Below, one piece after another: positions 14,432 through 23,186 of a stretch of 64,000 bases of DNA (its first letter is position 1; each line of letters starts with the position of its first letter). Origin of the DNA: the human T2T-CHM13v2.0 reference genome, Homo sapiens; the NCBI RefSeq assembly GCF_009914755.1, contig NC_060931.1; one strand, written 5' to 3'. A program made the translations under genes and the position numbers. The notes under the pieces were generated by a model. That model did no database searches, was not told the DNA's origin, and was given only the letters and a program-made list of their open reading frames with translations.

Positions 14432-14748
14432 GTAAGAGGAGATACTTGGAATTAGGAAGATAGAAACTATTTCTTAATACATTTTCTTTGCAAAGGTGAT
14501 TAACATGTAGAAAGAAAACCTCAGGTGGCATCAAAGGGCACAGTTACTCAGAGCACCCCTGCCCTGCCTGGTCTGGCCTCAGTGCTCATCCCTGCAGTGT
14601 GGTTCCGTTGCACAGTTAAGCCCTTAGCGTTTATTGAAGGCCTAAGTGACACAGGACTGAGGGCAGCACTACCTGTGTCACCAAAGCCCTGGAACGTACA
14701 GCTCTAGGCATCTGACTTTGCCTTGCAAAGGACCAGAACTCTTGGTTT

Positions 14749-14994
14749 GGTTTGGTTTTATTTTATTTTATTTTATTTATTTTATTTTTTGAGACGGAGT
14801 CTTGCTCTATTGCCCAGGCTGGAGTGCAGTGGCGGCGATCTCAGCTCACTGCAACCTCTGCCTCCCAGGTTCATGCTGTTCTCCTGCCTCAGCCTCCTGA
14901 GTAGCCGGGACTACAGGCGCCCGCCACCACGCCCGGCTAAATTTTGTGTTTTTAGTAGAGACGGTGTTTCACCGTGTTAGCCAGGATGGTCTCG
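14749..14994 (-). mobile_element. 5'-truncated AluY/Sc-like element with a 14-bp TSD
   Basis: TSD AGAACTCTTGGTTT at 14735-14748 and 14995-15008. Confidence 0.93.
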
Positions 14995-15387
14995 AGAACT
15001 CTTGGTTTTAAAGCATTTTTGATAGAAATACTTTTGCAGCGTATACGTTACTCTCCCGAATCCTTAAACCTGTAGCATTCTGAGTGCACCCTGATGCTCG
15101 GTACTGATTTGCTCGCTTGGTTCCTTAGAAGCGTGGGCACCAGCCTCTGCTTGAGTGACACTGCAGAGGCCTCCATGTGGCAGAGCGCTGGCTGCCCCTG
15201 CCAGGTGTCCTGGATTCTCTTCTGCCCTGTGGGGCTGTGTCTCCGTCCTGTGGCCACACGCTGTGCTCTTACTGCACTTGAGGCAGCCCCCCACTTCCTC
15301 TCCCGTTGGTGTCCGGTGACCGCTCACCCTCGAGAGGAGCTGTGAGCCTGTTAGAAGCGGATGTCACTCGAGTCAGTGGACCTAGAG

Positions 15388-15714
15388 CGGAGGCTGGCAA
15401 ACTGCAGCCCTGGGGCCAACTTCGGCCAGTCACCAGACTTTGTATGAACTTGGAGTTAAGAATGGTTTTAACCTTTTTAAGTGGTTGGAAATAATCCCAA
15501 AGAACAATGCGTTTCACATGAAAATGATGTGAAATTCAGACCTCAGTGTCTGTGGCTTGATTGGGGCGCAGCCAGGTGCGTTCCCACGCTGTCTGGCGGC
15601 TTCGCTGTCACTGCCTGGCAGAGGTGAGTGGCTGCGGCAGGGCAGGGACCGTGTGGCTCGCAAAGCGGAAAATGTTTATTATTGCCCCTTGACAGAAAGG
15701 GTTTGTCACCCCTG
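15388..15714 (+). mobile_element. MER58B-type hAT-Charlie element
   Basis: ggcaaact...gagttaagaatggttttaacc...gaaattcaga...gtttgtcacccctg matches the recalled consensus along its length. Confidence 0.8.
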
Positions 15715-16825
15715 CCTGGACGCCCATTGTTTGTGTTCACGTGTGAAGCGCATCCCCTCCTCCCAGGGGCTTTTGACGAATCTTCAGGGCTGCCCTGAGG
15801 CCTTTTGCTTCTCGGCTGAGTTGTGGGTTAGGTGGAGCTGTGTGTTCTGGGGAAGGCCTGTCCCTCCCAGCAGCCCAGAGCCAGCATGCATTGTTGATTG
15901 AGGGGTAAACGGTCCTTAGAGTGTGTGAGAGAGAGCTGGGGGTTGCGGGGTGAGCCCCATGGGGGACATTTGCCCATGGAGTGCTGGGGAAACAGCCGGA
16001 GATGAGGACAGGCACCAGCACTGCCGGTGAGGACGGGTTGCCTGCGGGCCTTGTAGACGTTCTGGACATTTCAGAATTGGTTTTGCGTTCCCATTTCAGC
16101 GAATCGGGGAAGGAGATTCGTGAGGGCTGCTTGGTACCCGAGGATCCGAGGATGCAGTGGATGGGCTCATTCTGAGTGTGGTGCAGGCTCCCAGGATCAT
16201 GGGCTTCCAGCTGGGGCTACTGGGAGACAGTGATGGCCCCCGAGGCAGCTGGTCCAGCGGGAGGGAGGTTGAACGTGATCTTGTTTGCCTCGTGTCTCGG
16301 GTGCTGTGGTCAGGCGTTGTCTGTGTGGTGGCCCTGTGTTTCCGTCCCCGTCCCACTGCACCGATGACAGGGTTTGCAGCTGGCGCTTCTGCTGCGAGCA
16401 GACTGAGGAGCCTTTCTTGTCCTTCTGAGAAGGCCGCTGCCCGGCCCCGCCTCACCCAGCGTCCTGTGGTCCTGCGGGTCCCCCTCTACCCTGGACTTCG
16501 GCCCCTTGTCTTTCTCTTTCAAACTCCTCCTCTGGCTCTGTTCCGCCCAGTTCAGTTCTTGGGCCTGATATCTGTTCTAACATCAGGCTGCGTGTGGGTT
16601 GGATGGAGCCCTCAGTCATCACGTAAACCCTTTGACATCAGTAAAACCCTGGGAGCAGCCGCTGAGCGCTGGGACATCCCTGCTCACCTCACTGGGGAGT
16701 GGCCTCAGGCGCTCACAGGGAACCGCAGTGACTCTGACCATAGCCACTTAACGCACACACACAGCAGAGGCCCTGGCGATTTTGCAACCATCATTAAAAT
16801 CTCTTTCCTGACCTTTGCTTTCTAG

Positions 16826-16833
16826 GTGATTGA
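16826..16833 (+). CDS. USP42: USP42 final coding bases (G-D-stop) at the start of a 44-nt exon, 16826-16869
   Basis: ctttgctttctag|GTGATTGA ... atg|gtaagc; completes the phase-1 Gly codon and gives the C-terminus EYGQGD*. Confidence 0.88.
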
Positions 16834-17726
16834 AAACTCAGCCTCAAAACAAAAAATTCACTAGTTATGGTAAGCTGTTTTCCTGTCTGTTTCCTCATTG
16901 TTTGTGGTGGCGCTGAGGGGACGCAGGCAGAGGAGTTTTAATTCTGCGGCTCTGCCTGGGGGCTGGGCTCATAGGAGTTGGCAGAGCCATGGAGAGGCCC
17001 CGGCAGGTTCCCAGCCAGCCCAGACCCAGGCCACGCGCTTGGGGACAGACCTAGACCCTCCACCTCATCACGTTTGCATTACTGGCTGGGGAAGACCCGC
17101 ATCCTTCACGCAGGCAGAGTCGCCCTGTTCCCTTGTGCCTCACTTGGGAAAAGCCAACCCGGCTCACAGCGGCAGAGCCCACGGGCCTTTGATAAACATC
17201 TGGGAAGGGAGAGGCCCGGTCCCCAGCACAGGCACCTCACTCAGGAGAGCGGAGCCTTGCTCCCTCGTCCGTCCCGTCCCCTGTGCTGCTGTCTGCGCCC
17301 CGAGGTGGCACTGAGCTGGAGCCAGCACCCCCCCAGCAGCCACCGTACAAAACCATAGGAAGGTGGCCCAGGGCCGGGCGGCAGATCAGGACCTCGGAGC
17401 TGTGGGGCTTTGTTGGATCACTTCACACAGCGGTCCTGGGAGAGTCACTGGTTTTATACCTGACCCTTGTGGAGCTAGAGGGGACAGTGAACCATTTTTC
17501 CCTTGAAAGGAAACTTTGTCCAAATGTGTCTGTCACATGTAGTCAGCAAGAGGAATTTAAAATGAATTGCCAAGTGAAGAGTCTGTGGATTAATTGGCCG
17601 TTAATTAACAGGCTTTATCAATGTGTCCTCAAGGGAGAGGCCCAACCCTAATTAAGGAGCTAAACTTCCTGAGTGAGGGGCTGTGAGGATGGAGGTGGAG
17701 GAGGCATCTGGGGCGGGTGGTGGCCG

Positions 17727-17745
17727 GGCCCAGCAGATGGCGCCT
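17727..17745 (+). promoter_or_regulatory. Candidate CTCF site GGCCCAGCAGATGGCGCCT
   Basis: Close match to the CTCF core CCASYAGRKGGCRS. Confidence 0.55.
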
Positions 17746-17930
17746 CCCTGGCTGAGCTGCCCGCACCGCCAGTTCCCTCATTTCCACTCAGGAAGGCAGA
17801 GAAGGCAGAGTGATCTCCTCAAGGAAGAGCTTCCCCAGCCTTCGGGAGCAGCTGGCAGGGCGTCCGGGAATAAGCCCTACACGCCGCCGCCTGCCTCCAA
17901 CTCACTAACCCTGCGCCTCTTGTCTTTCAG

Positions 17931-18940
17931 ATTCAACGCGTTCAACAGAAGCCATCCCCAGCCCAGCTTAAATTATAAAGATAGACAATAACTCTGTTCC
18001 AATCTGCGTGGTGCTTCTTTAGTAAATACTGTACAGATTTTACCATGGAGAACTTTTTTTTTAGTTTTTACCTTTTCTTAATTACCCTTATTCCGAATGG
18101 ACGAACACTTTCTACCACTGCTGACCATTGTAAAATACCGTGTATATAAATCCCATTGAAATAATGCCCTGGAATAGAACATCTCAAATGCTGCTTAATT
18201 ACAGACTCAGGTCGATTACTTGTATTTCATGTAATGTTCCTCCAAGTTAGACATCTGGTGCAAGACCAACCGGGAGACCATGGAATTGTCAAAAGTACAA
18301 ACTGACAGTGTGTATATTTAATTTAAAGACTTATTTAAAAACTCACAAGCTCTCACCTAGACTTTGGAGAGCAGTCTGTTTTCTGTAATGTCTGATACTA
18401 GAAACTAATTTGCTTATTTTAGTTGTATTCAAGATTTGAAGATGTATTTTATAGACAAGTTCTGTTTTTGAACTTTGTGGAACTGTTCCAATCAATCAAT
18501 TTCCCAGTTATGATGAGTATTTACATTATGAATGTATAACCCAGACATGATTTGTAAAGCCGACAGTATGTTTCTATTACACAACACTTTTTGATACAGC
18601 GTCTCTTGTCTTCACTGATACTGGAGTCTCCGTTGTCTGCTTGGTCCCTTCGAGTTTCTAGTTACAGACACAATCATACTGTGATTTTATTTTTAATATG
18701 GATATGCTATCAAACTGTGATACACTTATAATTCACTGGTCCTGCATCAGGAGATGGAGTGGGGAAAACTGTATTTAATACAGTTTGTATCTGAATAATC
18801 TGTATGGTTTATACAGTTTGTGTTGTTCAGAGATGTTTAAAGTTTGATCTTTGTTTTTCTAAAGATTAAAAAAGCACTTGCCCCACTGTAAATATACAGC
18901 ATGTAAAATTTCTATAGTATATAAATGGCAGCAAATCACA
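17931..18940 (+). other. USP42: USP42 terminal exon (3' UTR); 3' end approximate
   Basis: Branch-like ctcactaac 17901-17909, pyrimidine tract, tttcag|; AT-rich repeat-free sequence ending at ATTAAA/TATAAA. Confidence 0.85.
18865..18925 (+). terminator. USP42 poly(A) signals ATTAAA (18865-18870) and TATAAA (18920-18925)
   Basis: Variant hexamers with upstream UGUA motifs and a U/GU-rich tract downstream (ctttttactgttgtttt). Confidence 0.65.
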
Positions 18941-19174
18941 CACTTGGCGTCTTTTTACTGTTGTTTTCCCCATTTGCTTCCAGACTCCTTCCTGTCATCA
19001 TCTGAATTCACTTTCTTAAAACCTTCAAGTAAGTGCTCCTGCCGAAGTCGGCACCTTCGGCCAGGCCATCCCACCTCGGACGGGCAAAGGAAAATTGGAG
19101 GGGTGTTTGCTGGACCCAACAATATCTGTTTTAAAGAACCAAGTCTTAGGCTTGTTTTAACAATACATGTGATT

Positions 19175-19180
19175 TTTATT
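19175..19180 (-). terminator. CYTH3 distal poly(A) signal AATAAA
   Basis: tttatt on the + strand at the end of the AT-rich CYTH3 3' UTR. Confidence 0.75.
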
Positions 19181-22053
19181 TAGTGAACACAGTATCTGCA
19201 AGAGCTCTGACAGCCATCCACCCTCCAATCTTACTTCACTTTACAACCAAGTATCAATAGAGGCTGTTCCTTCATGCGAGCTGTGGGAGTATATACATCA
19301 TTGAATAACAGACACTCCAGAAATCAACAGATGTACATTATTTACATATTACTATATTTACCGCAAATAGAAATATTTTCTAAGAAAAAAAGTCAATTTG
19401 TGGTTTCTGGTCTACCACAGACCTAACTTCTCAGCAAAGCATATCTATGTAGATATCTGCGTTTGTAACTTTAAAAATAGGCATTGCTTTCTATGAAGCA
19501 CTAAGTGCTGCTCCATCTATAAATAGCTCCTATTTTCAGTTTGGTACCACATTAAACTGCCCCAAAATGTTCTGTGACCCCAAAGACACAAAGTTGCTGC
19601 TTATCTGGGTCCAGGGTCAGTACAATTAAACTCAAATATGAACCAGGGCGGCCAGCAAGACAGGCTGGAAGGGCTGTGGCAGTCGCCGCCGCCTCCCCGC
19701 GGGGCTCCCCTCACTGCCTCCTGGCCTCTGTCTCTGGAAAAAAGTATCTTTGGCCAGAGTTGGGACTAACAATTCAAGCCCTGCGCTCAGACGTCAGGGT
19801 GGGGAGGAGGAGGACTGTGATTGTGACGCGGCCTGCCCAGGGTGAGGGACAAAAAACAGATGTGTCCTGTTTCAGGGCCGTCCTGGTAGCGGCTGGCCCT
19901 GCGCAGTCACTGACCCAGAGTTTTCTGGACCAGGCCTGCCTCAAGGATCAGCAGGCATGATGGTCGCACAGCCTTCATGCTAATACTGTCCTAACACAGC
20001 CTGGAGCTAGGCGATTTCCTTTGACCACAAAGTACCTGGAGTCTAACTCAGCACCACAGCCTCTGCATGGCTCCCAGGTGCCCACCACCTGGCGAAGCTC
20101 ATTCACAGATGACAGCAAAGGGGGAGCTTGATCATCTGGCGACTCCTTCCTGCTGCTTCTCCCAACACCCAAAACAGAAAGCTCTGCATCCCCAGGTCAC
20201 ACCTGGGTTGGTCAGAAGAAGGAAACAGCTTGTCCGAGCACAACATGCTGACAGAGCTGGCTGTGGCCAGTCTTGGGTGCCGGGCCAGCCTGAGGGGTGG
20301 GCACCGCCGGAGCCGGCCGTCAGTGTGTGGTCTGGGTGGGGGTCCAGGCAGCATTTATTTTCATGGAAGACTGGAGGCCAGAGTTGCATATCTACCAGTC
20401 AGGCATTTCAAGAACGCTGACTTGCCTTTCTCAGAACTAAAACTTCCGATTTGAGGTATCAGTAACAAAGCCTAAGAACGTGGGAATGAAAGTCTGATGC
20501 AGGACAGGGGTTTCTGGCCTCGGACCCCTCTGCAGTCTAGTGTGACTTAAAGCTACATCAAGGTCAGCCGCAGGGAGGCGAAGGGCCCGCAGCCGCTCGG
20601 CCTCCACTTCAAGGCAACTCAAAGAACAGTCTCCGCTGCTGAGAAGGAAACCTAGGTGCACAAAGTCTGAGGTTTTGTCTCTGGACTGGGCATTTTGCAC
20701 AGGAGTACAGATGCCCTCCAGAGGGTGCAGATTCAAGGTGTGTGTGCCTATGCAGGTGGGGCAGGAAGAGGAAGTCCATAGAGGAAAAGCCAGCCACCAA
20801 CCCAACAGCCCACTGTGTAACAGGGTCCTGGGGACGCAAATCTCCCGACAGAGAACAGCGTCTGCCACCGGCCCGGGTCGGCCCAAGCACACAATGCCCC
20901 CGGTCCAGCCCTGAGCCCTCTCTGTAGGTGGGGCCCAGATCCAGCCTTCCTTGAGCGGAGCACTGGGCACCTCCTATCCTTACATCCACAGCAACCTGAC
21001 AACCTCCCAGGCGGGCGTGGAGTTTGACCAGTTCCACCACCGGCGTCTATCTGGGTTCTCTACGTGCCGGGCCTCTGCACCCCAGGGCCTGTTCTTCCCT
21101 CCTCGTAGGGAGGGCACCTCTCTCAGGACACGGCGCACTACATGGGGTGAGACTGTTTTTAGTTAATTCTGTGTCTATTCATTAAGAAATCTGGTCAAAT
21201 TAGAAAGTCTGTAAAATAAGCGTTCATTTTGCCACAGGTTTTAAATAGCGATGAATATGGTCAAAAGCCGGTCTAACCTGCTGACCTGTATGAAACGCTG
21301 CCATGTGTGTGCATCTAAACAAAACATCAGCAGTTTCACGTGGCTCAGCGTATGGACCATCTGTGTCCAGGGAAAAGGCTGTTTCCTAGGAGTTAGCAGT
21401 TACAGCCTAAACACCCCCAAACCATTAACTGTTATAATTTTAATGATTTGCTTAAAGTATTTGTGGGGCCAAAAAGCCTGGTTGAAGGGAGGCCTCATGG
21501 GAGTCACCCTGGAGCCCCCAAGTGCCATGGCCGTCCCTCCCCCAGCCCGTCCCGAGCCCACCTGCTGCCCCCCGGGGCTTGTCTGACAGCCTGACAGGGC
21601 AGGGCTGCACGCTGCCCCCGTGCCGGTGCCCCCAGCCCTCCCCTTGGGTGCTGTGTAGATGGATATTTTTTCAGTGCACAGTATATACTTGTGTCCAGGA
21701 GTTAACTTTATAGCTGCCATTCTAAAAATACTACTGTTAGAAAGTATCTTTTGTTATAATTTCAGAATATAAAAAGGCATATAAAAGCTATAATCCTATA
21801 TATCTGAGAAAAATTCTGAATAAAAAACTGGTAGCTTTTCCTTTCCTGTTTTGCTATAAAACAGTGGCTTTCTAGAACGGTTAATACTGCCCCGAGTGAA
21901 TGCGTTTGGCATGGTACGAATGAGGCTCCCGTCTGTGGAATCCGTCCCGTGTCTGCTGTGGAGACAGCGGAAGCTGCTGTCCTGGCTTCTCCCCCTAGGG
22001 GCGCCGGGATGGTCGCAGGAAGGAAATGCTTCTGGACATGCGCAGCCGACCAT

Positions 22054-22236
22054 GACCCCAGCCACGGCAGGAGGCCTCGAGGATCAGTCTGGGCCACGGT
22101 ACGCTCTGGAGCAGCAGCTTGCACTGCAGGGCGACCACCTCCCAGGACCCCAGCCACGGCACGAGGCCTTGGGGATACCACCTGGGCCACGGTATGCTCT
22201 GGAGCAGCAGCTTGCACCGCAGGGCGACTGCCTCCC
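22054..22236. repeat. Two-copy tandem duplication (period about 92 bp) in the CYTH3 3' UTR
   Basis: gaccccagccacggca...ctgggccacggta(c/t)gctctggagcagcagcttgcac(t/c)gcagggcgac..cctccc at 22054-22143 and 22146-22236. Confidence 0.92.
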
Positions 22237-22319
22237 TGCCACGCCTTCCGCGGAGGGGCCGCCCGCGGTGTCTTTCTGCTGGGGTTGGGTCTTTTACCTG
22301 GGTCTTTTAGCCAGGAAAG

Positions 22320-22392
22320 CTATTTTTTATTGGCAATCCTTCGTTTCCTCGTTGCCAACATGTCATAGAAGGGATCTCTGCTGATACTGGCT
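22320..22392 (-). CDS. CYTH3: CYTH3 last coding exon: ASISRDPFYDMLATRKRRIANKK* (C-terminal helix / polybasic tail)
   Basis: Acceptor tttcaccag|; in-frame TAG at 22320-22322. Confidence 0.96.
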
Positions 22393-22648
22393 CTGGTGAA
22401 AAAAGGAAAACACACAGGTTAGGTCGTGGGTGACACACAGACCTCCCCTTTCCCACCAGCCCCAGAGGCCCCTCAGACAGGACCGCAGGCTCAGATCTGA
22501 ACGTCGGCTTTGGCAGCCCGGCCCTCTGGGGTTTCTGGAGACAGAAGGTCCACTCTTGCACACGGAAGCATCCATGTTCCAGACCATCCCCCGCCCTCCA
22601 ACCGGCACGAGAAGACGGGCCTGGCCCCGCCCCCGAGGCCCCACTCAC

Positions 22649-22803
22649 TTGATGGATTTCATCCACTCCTCCTTCTCCTCCGGGCTCGGGGCTGAGATCC
22701 GGTACACCACATGGTTCCCCTCTACCACGCGGCCGTCGGCCTCCGTCTTACAGGCCTTGATGACCTGCCCTTTGTGGCTGGGATTGTAGAGCTCAAAACA
22801 GTT
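22649..22803 (-). CDS. CYTH3: CYTH3 exon 12 (PH domain): [31 protein letters not shown]...EEWMKSI
   Basis: ccag| ... |gtgagt; 155 nt, phase-compatible. Confidence 0.96.
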
Positions 22804-22920
22804 CTGGTGGAGAAAGAGAGAGGGGAGGCGGTCAGGGGGGCTTGGGGCAGGTTCCCTGCAGGCAGTGAGGATGGCTCCCAGGTGGCTGGCAGGAGAGAAG
22901 GTTCAGGAGGAAGAGCTTAC

Positions 22921-22992
22921 GGGTTTCCGGGGGTCCTCCACCTCCCTGATGCTGAGGTTTTCCAACGGGATGATTCCCCTGGGCTCCTTATC
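22921..22992 (-). CDS. CYTH3: CYTH3 exon 11: DKEPRGIIPLENLSIREVEDPRKP
   Basis: ttgtag| ... |gtaagc; 72 nt. Confidence 0.96.
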
Positions 22993-23109
22993 CTACAAGA
23001 GGAAAGTACACGGCGGGGCTCACTGTGGGTCACCAGCCTGAGGGTCCCTCGGCCCCAGGGCAGCTCCGGGACTGCTGGGAGGCGGCAAGGAGGCCTGGCC
23101 CTTACTTAC

Positions 23110-23186
23110 TGTTGTGTATTCAAAGTAATAGAGGCAGTTATCGGTCAGGATGAACCACCGGCGCTTCCAGGTCTTCACACGCCCTC
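23110..23186 (-). CDS. CYTH3: CYTH3 exon 10: (G)[25 protein letters not shown], the PH phosphoinositide-binding motif
   Basis: cttctag| ... |gtaagt; 77 nt; ORF 23020..23226. Confidence 0.97.

Larger units (their letters stand above)
19155..22319 (-). other. CYTH3: CYTH3 3' UTR (~3.2 kb); 3' end approximate
   Basis: Unique sequence between the stop codon (22320-22322) and AATAAA at 19175; a second AATAAA at 20354-20359. Confidence 0.8.

Noticed and set aside
16157-16825. 222-aa intronic ORF on the + strand
   Set aside because: Non-ATG (GTG) start, GC-rich intron, no recognisable motif; its stop is simply the TAG of the next splice acceptor.
17683-17991. 102-aa ORF spanning the last USP42 acceptor
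   Set aside because: Runs through a branch point and pyrimidine tract; no evidence of an initiating transcript and no recognisable protein.
22054-22236. Repeat-spacer-like pattern (CRISPR-like) and the repeated peptide GPRYALEQQLA in ORF 21896..22384
   Set aside because: Only two contiguous diverged copies in a eukaryotic 3' UTR with no unique spacers; the ORF is antisense to the UTR.
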